A stretch of DNA of 64,000 nucleotides from NCBI GenBank assembly GCA_034780895.1, contig JAUZTB010000066.1, positions 16,284,633 through 16,348,632 of the forward strand, given 5' to 3'. Origin of the DNA: Rhynchobatus australiae. Lineage: Eukaryota. Each line of letters begins with the position of its first letter. Position 1 is the stretch's first letter. The position numbers and the translations under genes were made by a program. The notes under the pieces are model-generated. The model worked only from the letters and a program-made list of their open reading frames with translations, did no database searches and was not told where the DNA came from. Below, in pieces: positions 37,251-51,139 of the stretch.

Positions 37251-39059
37251 TCCTGAACCATTCAGCCTGTCTTTAACCTGGCATTTGTGAATTTGTGTAG
37301 TGCAAGTCAGAAACATACTGGGGATCAGAAGAGATGGATCTGATTTCCCATTGCACTTTACACCTGGGGCCTCACCTTGGCAGGAATGCAAGCAGTGACC
37401 CTACTCATTTGAATGGGGCCACCAATCTTCATTAAAGGTAACTATAAAGGTAAGATTAACTAGGTTTTTTTGTTTTCCCTATTTATGTTTTTAAATAATT
37501 AACTAATGAGATTTTAACTAACTTCATAATTTTTACTTATTAAATTATTTTCAGTAAACTTCCTTATCTTAATCCAGTTCAACGTTTTTAAATGTTTATA
37601 AATATCAGAGGTATTAAAAAAATGAAAAATGCCTTTGATAACATGGAACTGTCACAGGCTCTCAGGTAATCCAGAAGTGGGGCCTGGATTCTGTTGCCTG
37701 ATGCCAAGGCATTGCTCGTAGTCTGCTCTCCCTCCCAGAACTGGGGACCTGTAGCATGGCCCGTCCACTGTGCCACAGGAGGTAAGTGCAGCTCTGGGAT
37801 TAGGGCATGGGGTGAATGTTGGTGGTGGGTCAGACTGAACACAAAACAGGCCATTATTGCTGCAGTGTTACATCTACATGGATTAAGAAAATGCCTAATC
37901 CACATTCAAAGAACAAAATTCCTGGAATCTACTAATTAAAATAGACCATTAATTTATTCATTTGTCCCAGAATTCCTGATTATAACAATAATGAAACTCT
38001 CCGCTTTTGCCATTATTCCTCTGAAATGCAGACAACAACTTCTGGCATCTGCACATGTTAATCCTCCAAAGGTGTCTCCACTCAGGCAACCAAAATAAGA
38101 TGGATTTGTATAGCACCTTTCCTGCTACTGCAGCCAATGGGTCACTATTTAAATATAAGTCATTGTTGATCCCCTGTCTATACTGAACTGGTGAACTCAA
38201 ATGAGGCAGCTGATAGATGTGATAATTACCTCAAGATTGCCATTTGGGAAGAGTTACTGTAGGATATCAAGTGACTGTGAAATTGTACCTAGGCAATAAT
38301 TCAATAGCTTTTGAGAAGGAAGATGGAGAAAAATAATCATAGACCCAGCCAATCCACCATAAAAAAATTAAGTCGAGTTTTTTTGTAAAGAAATAATTTG
38401 TCACCCAAACTGCGTTGGAAGTGATCCTTCTGTTTCTCCACCCAGTCTTATTACACAGTCAAGTGGTCTGCTGAAAGGCACCAGCTAATGCTGCTCTTGA
38501 GGTACTTGTTAGGGGAATCCAAGAAAATGAACTGGATGAATTGTTCTCTAACCTTCCTTGCTTCAAAGTGTATCCCAATTTACACCTTTCCTGGCAGCAC
38601 TATTGATATTAGGAACTCATTTTGCAGAGAAACACGGGTACAAATCTACCAGTCCATGTTGAAACTCTGTGGTTTCTATTACGACATTGCAACAACTGTT
38701 ACAACAACAACTCTTTGTGGATCAGGAATTTAATACGATGTGTAAAATATCAAAACACAAACATTGCGAAGATACATAGTAAACTGTGCATTTGATCTGT
38801 GTGCTATTGCCTGGCAATCAGGTGGAGGGTGAGAGTACAGGACAAATACAAACAACAATATCTTTATATGCCACATATCAAATTGAGACCAGTTTGTCAA
38901 CATGGATAGGCTGGAATTATTCTTCCATATTATGTACTGATTGCAGAGAATGGACATGGGTTTGATGGTTCACATATGTGCCATGTTGAAGGTAAGTGTA
39001 AATGAAACTTGAGGAGAAAATTTATGGGGTGATTGGTGCAAAAATAAACAGAAGCAAAG

Positions 39060-39400
39060 GCAGTCTTGCATTGTATCATATCTTTCCTGGCCTCAAGACA
39101 AATGGCTTACAGTCATTGAAATACTTTTTGTTTGAAGTTTAGTCATGATTGCAAAGTCACAAATATGCCAGTCGATTTGAACATGTGCTAAATATCCAAA
39201 TATACACCTTTTTTTGAAATATTGATTGAAGGATAAATATTGGCCAGGTCACTGGGGAGAACTCTCTAGCTCTTCTTTGAAACAATGTCATGGGAATCTT
39301 TAGTTCCATCTTAGTTGGCAGGTGGAACCTTGCTCTAACATCTTACCTGAAAGGTGAAGTCCCTGACAATGCAGTGTTCTGTCAGAACTTCATACTAAAC
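39060..39400 (-). mobile_element. Deu-SINE-like relic
   Basis: gataaatattggccaggtcactggggagaactct...atgggaatctt...aacatcttacctgaaag, parallel to 45840-46175. Confidence 0.55.
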
Positions 39401-40084
39401 AAAAACAGGGCGTTTGGAGTCTGATCAGAGAATAGAATCCCAGGAAGTGGATTGGAAAGTTAAATTTTTTAATAAGACTGACAGAGTCTGATTTAATGGG
39501 TGGTAGATTTTGACGAGGGTGTCCTTTTTAAAATCTGATACCTCATTTGGCTGCTCACTAAAATTCAGGTTGGAAATTTTCTTCCTAAATATTCTGGTCA
39601 TGTAAGGCAAGCTTAGAGCTTGACTTCTTTCTCTCTATTCCAGCAGTTCACCCTGCAGTCTTAGGTCCCCACTCAGGGGAGTGGCAAGTCATAAAACAAC
39701 ATCAGGGAGCAATTGGTTTGTGGAGAAACATAGCAAAAACTATCTTAGGCACGTGTGACTTCTATATTCTTCAGAAGGTGCAAACCACTTGGAGACATCT
39801 GGCCACAACTAGAAGAAGTGAGTCAATACATAACTGGAGAATCCAGTTAACCAGCACCACTGAGGTGTTCTCCTCTTGTTCAATGTGTGTTCAGTCACAT
39901 GTGATGAAGAGAGGGGACTAGGAAGAATACTGAACTCTGACTGATGTCATGATTTGTCCACTCTGTATAATTCTGTCACATGTGCTCAAAAGTCCTCACC
40001 ATCATGACATCTGACTTGACTTGCCTCACAAATGCATCTGTGCATGATACATCTGCCATTTTGCTGAAGAAATGGCACCCACAT

Positions 40085-40300
40085 CACCTAAAAAAACAGG
40101 TGCCACTGCATCAAATTTCACACCAATCACATTTTACAGATAAGTTATCAGACCAAGGTCCTGTCTGCTCACTAAGGTGGAAATAAAGGATTTCCATGGC
40201 ATTGTTTAAAAGAAGAGCTGGGGATTATCCCTAGTGCCCTGGCCTATATTTGGCCCTCAATCAATATCGCAAAAGGTGATTATTTGGTATTTATGGTTAA
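40085..40300 (+). mobile_element. Deu-SINE-like relic (opposite orientation)
   Basis: ggtcctgtctgctcactaaggtggaaataaaggatttccatggcattg...gaagagctggggattatccctagtgccctggcctatatt. Confidence 0.5.
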
Positions 40301-43300
40301 CAGTGTCCTGTCCATTTATGCCCAGCTTCTGAAAGAAGGTGAGGACAACTTTGAGGGGACAGGAAATGACTTTGCAGAACTTTTTGTACAAGACAAAGAA
40401 CTCCATTGCATCCTTTCATATCCCAAAGATGACCTCTCCGTCAGGTACCTGTCTACCTCCCCTACCCCTCCAGTACCTTGACCTCTTGGGCTGGGAATTT
40501 GAGTCCTTCCCTGAGGATCAGGTGTCGGTGACCGGATAATAACCCCCCCCCTACCCCCACCCCCATGATGGGATGCAGAATCATCTCAGGAATTATTTCT
40601 TTCTCCCACCCCATCCCACCCCACCGCCCTAAGAGTTGTTGATCAGNNNNNNNNNNTGATCAGATGAGCCTGGACCCATACCTCGCTCCCGAGTCCTCCC
40701 AGCTGACAGGAATGTGATGGACTTCTGGGTGAAGTATGCACCAAGGTCCAAAGACACATGGTGCAGAGTAAAATCTGCAACCTGGGATTCCCATCCATAT
40801 CTATTGGTCTCACCTCCTTACTTATCAGGCTCTGCCTAATTTAGACACATTAGAAAACAAAATAGAAAATATACTGAATAATAGTTCAGATTTTTAGCAA
40901 ATGAAACTTTACATTTAATCTTTGCACGTCTTGCCCCATTCTGTGCTTTATCAACTCCCTCCTACTTATCGTACCCATATTGATATCTAAAACAGGGAAT
41001 CTAGAGATGGGCTGTCATGTGTGGCCTGAAGAATGGGTTTATAACTCTACTTGTTGGAGTTTGCACTCCCCTTGTTTCAGTATTAATGTAGGTAGATTGT
41101 TAGTGCAAAAGGGGCAGTATATCTGAAGCCTATATATAATATGCTTCATTGGTTTCTGTCCAGGGCACTGCATACAGTATTCTACTAGGGAACGTGAGGC
41201 CACCTTTACATAAGACCACCTTCTATAATCTCACCAATAAAGAAAATGTTACTGCTAAAAGCTGCAGCCATCACAATTGGAGAATAGTGGAGAGACGTTC
41301 AGCTGCAAAACAAAAAGAGAGAGAAAAAAAATAAAAGTCTGGAGCAAGTTTTCCTTTCTCCTATTTTTGCAATTGTTCTCGCTTTCAACAGAAATAATCA
41401 CGCTGTTTGACACAATCCCACAAGCCAATCAGTGTATAAGGAGCTTGGGGAGAAGGAGACACTATAAACAATGAATGAAATCAGTCAGCTTGAAAGTAAC
41501 TGCTTTATCACAGAGCACCAGACCAGCCTATTAAGTGAACCAGATGATTAAACAAGGCTTCTGGATTAATAAGGTATAGCATACCCAGAAAATAACAAAA
41601 TGTATGCTAAAATATAATGTCAGATTGTCAAGGATGGTGGATTATGGAAGGTCAAAGCAGCCCAAGTGTAGTGGGTATCAAATCTGGTGTTAGATGTCTG
41701 TTAGTCACAGCAGTACAACCTGACCATTTCATGGTTTATCTTCCTATTCCTCGTCAGATGCTGCTCCAAACCTTGGACAGTTCCTTCTGGCCTTCTCCTG
41801 ACCGGTGGGTTCTGAAAGCAGGTCACTCTAGTCCTTAACACAACCCGAACAGCATTTGTAAACAAAGAGTGACAGCTTTATTTGTAATTATGCTGTCTTT
41901 AAAGGGACAAGATGGGCTTAATGAGTTAATAAAGTGGCTGTCAGTCAAAGCAGTCGATTTGCATATTAGAACTCAGAACACTCAGACATGCAGATGATTC
42001 GGCAGAGTTTCAGCTCATGAATATTCCTAACTTGTCGTGGGGTAAAGCATGCTTGCCATAGCAACCGTTCTGCAGGTAGCATTGGTCCAGCTGCCCCTGG
42101 GGTCCCAGAAGGCTTGTAAGAAGTGAAGACTTGTGAGAGCAAGCATTTTGTCTCGGTACACTTGACAAAACAAAGACAACTCACTCTTTGGTTTCATGCC
42201 ACATTTTTTATTCATAAACAAGCTGTTGGCTGTAAAGACATGATAAAGCACAGACTGGGGCGAGACGTGCAAAGATTAAACGTAAAGCCTCATCTGCTAA
42301 AAATCCGATCTATTATTNNNNNNNNNNNNNNNNNNNNTTCTAATGTGTCTAAACTAGGCAGAGCCTGACAAGTGATCTGTTGGAGTAGGAGGCTGATTGA
42401 TGCAAAAAAAGCCGTTAACATAGAAAAAAATGAATGAAGTGTAGGAGAAAACAGGCTGACTGAAGTTGTCACTTCCGTTTTGCTCAGATAAGATTCTGTA
42501 GTCGTGTCAGTGTAATGTGTATTGAGAAGAATGTTTCAGTAAATATTGTACCTGCAGTGACATGAAAATAAATTGCAAGGTAAAGCTGCCCTGTTCAAAA
42601 TTTATGTTAGCTCCCAGATCCTAGGACTGGCTTTGCTCTTGAGTTATACTTTGCTCATTTGGCTGAAGACATCATCTGTAGCCGTGCCAATATTTTACCC
42701 CGGGAGAGAGATGGAATAGATCCAAATCCCCACGCCATCTCCTATTCTCCCGCTGTCTATTTTGGCTAAGTACAGGTTTCTGGCTTTGTGATTCAATCAA
42801 TGCAAGTCCAAATGTGTACAAGGAGAGCATAATTTTAATCTGTATTGACTGTTCACCTCTTTGTATGCCAATTTACATCACAGACTATCCTCAACAAAAT
42901 AGGCAATAATGCATTTCAGTTAAGTTCTCTCACATTAATCTATATATCATTAGGGTTTTTTTAAAGCAACCTACAATGGATCTATATTATATATTAAATG
43001 AATAATGTTCTTTTGTGTTATAATTGAATTGAATGAATTTAACTACCTCCTTGTGTCCGATGTACATAATATTCCACGTTTTCTATTCAAATTTGGTCAC
43101 AAAACCCAAATGAAATTACAAGTAGAAAGATCGTAACAACACAAGAAAGCTGTACATCATGAAGGACTGAAAATCCAAGCTTATGTCTGCAATAATTTTA
43201 AGAAATAATATTTCAAACATGTCATATATTATTAGATAGTTTAACAGAATATCACATTTAAACTCTGTAAAAATTAAGGAGCCTGCTCAATTGCAATATT

Positions 43301-44344
43301 ATAATGGTTGGCACATGTGACTCTTTCTTTTAATAACTCAAGGGTGCTGGCCTTTACAGTGCATCAGCTACATTTGGGGATCACCTGAGCAAAAATGTGG
43401 AAATGGAAGCATCTAGCTGCAAGGTATTTCTACTACTATAGCAGAAAGCGGTGAAATATAGAGGTACAGAAGCTTTCAGTGGAAATTGTTCCAAAAGGTA
43501 CTGTGCACGTTCAGAATATGTAAAACTGTAGAGCAAGAGCCATTCCCTTAAAGGGATAGTGGNNNNNNNNNNNNNNNNNNNNNNNNNNNNNNNNNNNNNN
43601 NNNNNNNNNNNNNNNNNNNNNNNNNNNNNNNNNNNNNNNNNNNNNNNNNNNNNNNNNNNNNNAACACAGAACGCTCTAAGTTGAACTATTTCATGCTAAC
43701 AGAATAAGTCCAACCCCGTTTGTTTCAAACGGACTTAAAGATGGAAAATATTTGATATGGGGTCACTGTTAACAGTTAAGATGCACGTGGACCTAAAGCC
43801 CATTGAAGGCTGCCTTTCATTTGGCCGAGCCACGGAGAGAGCTTAGTAATGAAGGTTGTGTTGTAGCTGTGCTGTACTCCACTTTAGGTGCAGACCTAAT
43901 TGAGTTGCTATGAACTAATGGAAAGAGATGGGGTAAGAGACGAAAGAAACTGAAGTTAAATGAAATAAGTACACCAAGAAGATTTGGCATTGTTGGTTTT
44001 AATTTAGATTTACCATTCGTCATTCAAACAAAAGCACCGCTTATCTGCACTTGGCAGCAAAAAATTAGTTGATGTATATGAATTTGCTGACAAAAAATAT
44101 TTAAAGCAGTTAAACCCCCATTGGAGAGTAAGATAACTATTTACGCTATATAAGACAAAGAATAGCAGCATTTTCCAGAATAATTTTCCTAAACATAGAT
44201 AAATGACACAACGATGAAACAGGCCATTCAGCCCAATCAATCTATGTCTGAGTTTACAATGAAAGGAAGTAGTTCTAATCACATTTATACATGTTGTTTC
44301 CTTATTCCTTTTATCTTTTTTTCTTTGAATGAAAATTAAAAATA

Positions 44345-44607
44345 ATTGTGGATACTGGAAATCTGAAATAAGAACACAACGTGCTCGAAACACTCAGCAG
44401 GTTAGGCAGCATCAGTTGAAAGAGAAGCAGGGTTAATGTTTCAGGTTGAAGACACTTTGTTGAAGATCCAAATCCTGATGAAGGGTCTTAGCCCAAAACA
44501 TCGACTGTTTATTTCCCTCCATGGATGTTGCCTGACCTGCCGAGTTTCTTCAGCATCTTGTGTGTGTTGCTCCAGATTCCAGCACCTGCAGAATCTTGTG
44601 TCTCTGA
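44345..44607 (+). mobile_element. Penelope-derived short element with inverted arms and a decayed hammerhead motif (44470-44507)
   Basis: actcagcaggttaggcagcatc ... CTGATGA agggtcttagccc AAAA catcgactg ... gatgttgcctgacctgccgag...ctccagattccagcacctgcag. Confidence 0.7.
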
Positions 44608-44905
44608 ATACTGTTTGCGGAGTTTTCGTTCCATGGAGATATTGTACAGAACCTTGTTGGTCAGTAGTGATCCCACAACAAAGTAATTTCTATCTTTAAA
44701 TCAATTTCAAACAATTATAGTTGAATTTAATCTAGCAAAATGGAATTTGACCACTTTAGTGTATTTTGTTCCTCTTTCCACAGATGCTGTTTGACCTGTT
44801 GAGTATTTCCACCTTACTTCTTTGTCCATCTATTTAATTTGATATTGAAGCTTGACTGTATCTGCCTCACCTATTAACTCAGGAAATTAATTTCACAGTC
44901 TTACA

Positions 44906-45137
44906 ACAGAATCAGAATCAGATTTATTATCATTGACCTACATGATGTCAAATTTGTTGTTTTGAGGCAGCAGTATAATGCAAAGGTATAAAGTTACTAT
45001 AAATTACAAAAATAAATAAATAGTGCAAAAAAAAGGAATAACTAGGTAGTGTTCATGGACTATTCAGAAATCTGATGGCAGAGAGGAAGAAGCCATTTCT
45101 GAATCATTGAGTGTGGGTCTTCAGGCCTTCTCCTTGC
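44906..45137 (-). mobile_element. Rex/Babar LINE 3' end
   Basis: Reverse complement of 48870-49110, including the (ttctga)n-type tail (cagaatcagaatcaga). Confidence 0.8.
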
Positions 45138-45835
45138 TGATGTAAAGATGTAAAGATGGTTTNNNNNNNNNNNNNNNNNNNNNNNNNNNNNNNNNNNNNN
45201 NNNNNNNNNNNNNNNNNNNNNNNNNNACCAAGACTGTTTCTTTTCATCCTGTTCCTTCATTCTATAATTCTAAAGGCTTCTACTATTGCTTTGTAATCTG
45301 TGTTGACGTATTGAAATAGCACACAATTATTCTTGATTTTATGTTTGCAGTTCCTCATACAAGACATCATCCATGGAAATCTGCATTATACACTTTTAAA
45401 GTTCTGATCTTTTTCCAAAACTATGAAGCCTAACATTAAAAATTTTAAACTTAGAGCTCAAACCTGAAATGCTTTTGTATTCGATGAACCTGCAACCCAA
45501 CCCTTTCTGCTGTTCAGTCTGAGCATGATTTTCTTCTCAAAAGGATAAGTCACCTAATAGTTGGTCAGAAATGGGTCATTTTTGGGGTGGTAGGTTGGGG
45601 CAGTGTTATATTATGAGGAGCATTGAGATCATTGGAATGATTTCTCAGTGATGGGGGAGAGATGTCTATGCCCTTGATTATGCTATCATCAGTGGGATCA
45701 CGTGTGGCAGCATTCACCATCATTCTCCTAACAATGTTTGGAAAGGCACAGTAGAACATAGAAATCTTTAACTTGCCAATTTTATGCATCCTGAAGATAT
45801 GTTACTGCTGCCTTTACCAGGGCAATCAAAATAAA

Positions 45836-46175
45836 GATTTGCATTTATATAGCACCTTTCATATCCCTTTCAAAATGCCCCAAAGTGCTTTGCAGTCCAC
45901 TAAATAGATTGTAAGTGTAGTAACTGTAGGAAATGCAGCCACCAATTTGTGCACACCAAGCTCCCACAGACAACACCATGTTAATAACTAACTGCCCTGT
46001 TTTGGATAAAATATTTGATGGATAAATATTGGCCAGAATGCTGGGCTCCTCGCCCCTCCTATTCTCCAAGGATCTTTTATATCCATCCCCAAGAGCAAAG
46101 AGAACCTAACTTAACATTTCATTTGAAAAATAGGATCACCCAACAGCATAGCACTCCCGAGGTACTGCACTGTAA
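45836..46175 (-). mobile_element. Deu-SINE-like (SacSINE1/AmnSINE-type) element
   Basis: ttgcatttatatagcacctttca...cccaaagtgctttgcag...aaatgcagccaccaatttgtgcacaccaagctcccac...gataaatattggccag...gcactcccgaggtactgcactg. Confidence 0.6.
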
Positions 46176-48157
46176 TGGCCCCCAACGGAAGGACTGGGAT
46201 AGCAGGTTTTGACGGACAACATTATTTTACAGAGGATAGTTTTGGTCTCTGTTGCTCAGTGCTGTTGGATGGCCTAGGTTGGGGGAATCAACAGAACCTT
46301 TTCCTGATAGCGGCACCGAGAAGAACTGTGGACATCATACAAGTAGAGATATTTCAGAGAGGGGATGCCCTTTTGTTCAAAGCTCAATTAAACTGTTCAG
46401 TTGGTAGGAAGGCAAGGTTACATTTTAGCTCTCAGTTTACAGGAGAGGGAATGATAGGTTTTTTTGATTAGTGAGGGTAAGGGGGAGTTTCTGTTTAACA
46501 GAAGAAAATACCCAATGCCACGTGTCTCTACCCCCACTTCTCCCCATCTGCTTCTCAGTGCAATTGCACTGGTTTTACTGTTCATTAGTGAGGTTGGAAT
46601 ATCAGCTTGCAATGGTCTGTGTCTGCGCGTATATATGTGAAGCTGCCAGTGTATGGCACTTCATTCATCAGTGAAGGGAAAAGAGCATGAATCTTTTTTC
46701 TATTGCTAGTGCTTGGTTCACACTCTGCTGTGTTTTATTTAATTATTCCACTTTGACGGTTTTGTTAAAAAAGAAACCCGATAGCTAAAAATAAAGTTCG
46801 TTCTTGGTTTAGGGAAAAAAGGAAATTCTTCAAAACTTGAATAGTTTAAGGCTTGTGTGCATATCAGGCCCGAGAGAGGATTCAAAGCACACAGAAAGGC
46901 ACAGATTTCAACCATCATGTCTGCACCTGGCTACACTGTCAATGTACAGGCTTCTGTCCCCATATGCAAAGCAGGGTCCAGAACTGTGCCCGGCTTTTGC
47001 CTGGTAAACTTGATTTATTGTCAGTCTTTGGGGTGGGTGTCAAATGCTGTTCAACAGATGGTCCTTCTGGTGCCTGGGTGACAGACTCATCTGCTGATTT
47101 GTGTGGCCACTAATTTTTTCAAATTTATTTTCCTTTTCCCCTATCCCGACTCATTTCTTCTGTTTATATCTTCATTCCACCCCCAGCCTTCGTCTGCAAA
47201 CCAGGAGCAGCAGATCAAGCCCTGTTTTTGCATTCATCGAGGGATCAGATAAATGCGAGCCAGCTTGCTCTGATAAGGCCTTGCTCTGGGCATTGCCTCT
47301 TTCTGAAAGACGTTTACTATGCATAGAGTCAGGCTATCTGAGTTGCTGCACCTTGACATGAATTTATCTGCACCAGAGACGAGAGAATCCTGCAGAAATT
47401 ATTGAAGTGGGATTTGATCTTGGGAGGCAACCGTGTCAATTTTCCACCATTTTTTTTTCTAAGGGNNNNNGACTGCATTCATTTTGCACATTTTTATTAA
47501 AATTATTTGTGTGGGTAATCAGAATTTAAAAATAAAACTCTGAAATGACTTGCAAAGGTATAAACTTAATTAAACTGATTACTCTAAGAGCAGCATGCCT
47601 AAGCATTTATCTTCTGAAAATCATACATCGACTTTAAAGCAATTTTAACCCTTTTGCTCTCCAGGAATGATTATAATGAAACTCAGTGCTGGACCAAAGC
47701 TGTTTTGTGGTTATCTCTCCACTCTGTTCTCATTGAGGAAAGATAGACAATTACTTTTTAAGATTTTGTGAGAATTTTAAAAGTGGCATTTTATTGATGG
47801 CGTTCCTGTCTCATGTGCACTTCTCACAATTTGAACATCTAATCTCATCCAAGCTATCTGGAAACTGCAGATGAGATGCTTTGCCTAAGTCAATGATGTG
47901 AGGGGAGTCACTATCTGTTTCTCTCTGCATCTGTGGTTGAGTCATGCAGTTCATAATTCCCATAATCGGATATCGCAGCCGTGTGGAGTGTAGGGAATGG
48001 GCTTGTTCCTAATGCGCACCTACTTTTTATTTTTTTTATTCATTCATCAGGTGTGGATATTATAGAAGGACCAACAGGCATTATCCATTCCAATCACCCC
48101 TGAACTGAATGGTCCATTTCAGAGGGCAGTTAAGAATCAACCACATTGATGTGGATC

Positions 48158-49112
48158 TGAACATCAGCACGTCCAAGGAGCTGATTGTGGACTTCAGGAA
48201 GGGGAAGACAGGAGAACACACACCAGTCCTCATTGAGGGGTCAGCAGTGGAAAGGGTGAGCAGCTTCAAGCTTCTAGGCGTCATCATCTCAGAGGATCCA
48301 TCCTGGGCCCAACACATTGATGCGATCATGAAGGAGGCAGGCCAGTGGCTCTACTTCATTAGGAGTTTGAGGAGATTTGGTACATCACCAAAGACTCTTA
48401 CAAATTTCTATAGATGTACAGTGGTGTGGAGGCTTCAATGCACAGTATTGCAAGAGGCTGCAGAGGGTTGTAGACTCAGCCAGGTCCATCACAGACACAA
48501 CCCTCCCCACCATCGAGGACATCTTCAAGGGGAGGCATCCATCACTAAGGACCCTCACCACCTGGGACATGCCCTCTTCTCGTTACTACCATCGGGGAGG
48601 AGGTACAGGTGCCTGAAGACCCACACTCAACGATTCAGGAACAGCTTNNNNNNNNNNNNNNNNNNNNNNNNNNNNNNNNNNNNNNNNNNNNNNNNNNNNN
48701 NNNNNNNNNNNNNNNNNNNNNNNNNNNNNNNNNNNNNNNNNNNNNNNGACACAACCCTCCCCATCACTGAGGACCCCCTCAAGAGGCAGTGCCTCAAGAA
48801 GGCGGCATCTATCATTAAGGATCCTCACTATCTGGGACGTGCCATCTTCTCATTACCATTGAGAAGGAGGTACAGGAGCCTGAAGACCCACACTCAGTGA
48901 TTCAGGAACAGCTTCTCTTCCTCCATCATCAGATTTCTGAATGATATATGAACCCATGAACACTATCTCATTATTCCTTTTTTTTGGACTATTTATTTTT
49001 GTAATTAATCGATTTTTATGTCTTTGCACTGTACTGCTGCCACAAAACAACAAACTTCACGTTATATGTCAACGATAATACATCTGATTCTGATTCTAAT
49101 TCTGATTCTGAT
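48158..49112 (+). mobile_element. Rex/Babar-clade LINE, 5'-truncated, with frameshifts
   Basis: LNISTSKELIVDFRKGKTGEHTPVLIEGSAVERVSSFKLLGVIISEDPSWAQHIDAI...WLYFIRSLRRFG...LFSLLPSGRRYR, then a (ttctga)n tail. The segment is internally repeated across the gap. Confidence 0.88.
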
Positions 49113-49989
49113 TTTGAATTCTGATACAGGCCAGACAGGAAACGGACATAGGGAACTGGATGACGTGTTATGATAATTCAATAGTTTCAGAAATTGTCAC
49201 TTTAATTCAAATTTATTTAATTACCTGAGGTTAAATTTCACAGCTGCCACTGTTGTGGGATCAAACTCTAGTCTCTGGATCAACAAACAGATAATGTGGG
49301 AAAATCAAAATTCTTGCGACTTCCTTGGAGTGAATCAAATCACCCAATCACAGAGCAGGATTGTCAGAGGATGGCACTAACTCCCACCTATGAGAGGGCT
49401 CATAGAAGAACAGAGCAAGCATTTGGCTTCAATTGGACCTTATATTATTGAAAGAATGAATAGGGATCCAAATTTTTATAGACACAAATATAATATTTNN
49501 NNNNNNNNNNNNNNNNNNNNNNNNNNNNNNNNNNNNNNNNNNNNNNNNNNNNNNNNNNNNNNNNNNNNNNNNNNNNNNNNNNNNNNNNNNNNNNNNNNAT
49601 TTGTACCTAAAGACTGCATCATTCACTTGTGCATTATGTTCTGTGTAGAAAACATTCATTATATGTCTTGGCTGCACATGGCATGTGGTCCCAAAAATAA
49701 ACACAATGTAATTTAGGTCTTGAAGTGTAATTAAAAAATAGTTCTTTGGACACAACAAGAAGTAACAAAATAGTAGCTGTCTGGTGAGTAAAATTCTGTA
49801 CCAAATGCTGAATGCTGAATTTAATTCTCGAAAAGAAATTGACACCAGCTTGCAGTGATTGTGTGTGCGGAGAGTGTGAGAGGTGGCTGCAGTAACTACA
49901 CAGATTCAACCCACAGAGAACTAATAGGCTGATGATGTTGTGGAGGTATTCAGAACATTTAAGTGAGATTATTAACTGACGTTCAACAG

Positions 49990-50370
49990 TTTTCTGACAG
50001 GCATGTCGAAGAGGATTTGCAACATTCTTTTGAGAATGGGAGAAAAAGGATTGGGTCTTTTCAAAAGACGGGGAATAAGTGAGTCATATGGTAAAAATCC
50101 CAACAAGATCTTCGAAAAATTCAGCACAAATCTGGAGCTGAAAATGAATGACCAGATCTAGAGACATGAGTTGCAAAGACTGGAGTTGGAACTGTGTGAG
50201 CCGATCAATGATTTCTGAGCAAGGCAAATTCAAGCAAATGGACGTGAGGTTAATGAGCCATTTCATTTAGGGCTCATGCCCAGATACACAGAAAGCTTTC
50301 ATTGGTAAGAAGGAGCTCACTATAGCAGAGTATATTGCCACAATACGGAAGATGAAAGTGCTGGCCAATC
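49990..50370 (+). mobile_element. Degenerate LTR-retrotransposon (Gypsy-like) gag relic
   Basis: Broken frames reading ILLRMGEKGLGLFK, KIFEKFSTNLELKMNDQI*RHELQRLEL...EPINDF*AR, DTQKAFIGKKELTIAE, which resemble gag capsid motifs. Confidence 0.45.
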
Positions 50371-51139
50371 AAAGAGATATCCTTTAGTTCAGTTCTGGGG
50401 GGAAGGAAGCAGGATTGATGCAGTTGGACCACAGAGGCAAAAGAATGAAAGCTGGATAAACAGAAGACAATGCAGGAGCAGTGGATGATGGCAGGTTCAC
50501 AGACAGATGGGGTCGAGTTACAGATTATGCGGAAAACTCAACCTCTGGGAGAAGATGTGCAAATCAGTAGTCAAAATATACAGAGGAAATATCTAGGGAA
50601 GAGTAAAAGGACCAATGAAAACAAAACAAAATCAGAATATTCAAACAATGGAAGATAACAGAGGGCTTGTGCGCACACTAGATATTGGATTCCTACAACT
50701 GTACAAAATAACTGGATGTGGCATTTCACAGGGAACTAAAATCTACCCTTCCATTCAGATTAAAACAATGTGAGAAACAACCATCATCCCCTTACTAAAA
50801 CTGGAGTGGGAGTCCAAAGTGACATTATATCACTCAGGTTATAACAAAAGATCTTTCCAGAAAATCTGAAAGTAGGTGGGTAGCAAAGGGGAATCACCAT
50901 TCTTTGAGGTTTTCCATTTATTTTCCTTAATTACCTGCGATTTCATGTTAAAGGAACATGCTACATTTCTTAATATTAACATGAAATTGCTATNNNNNNN
51001 NNNAGTACAAGACCACCGTGGTAAGCAAAATATATTCTCTGCAAGACCAAGAAGAGGAAAGACAGAACTGAAAGATACTTAAGCAAAAGGAAGCCAGTAC
51101 AGCAACAACTGTGCTAAATGATTACCTGAAAATCTTAAA

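Noticed and set aside
47190-47340. Minus-strand TGLDLL matches the PEX5L N-terminal TGLDLLDL
   Set aside because: Six-residue match bounded by stops, with no clear acceptor; plausibly chance.
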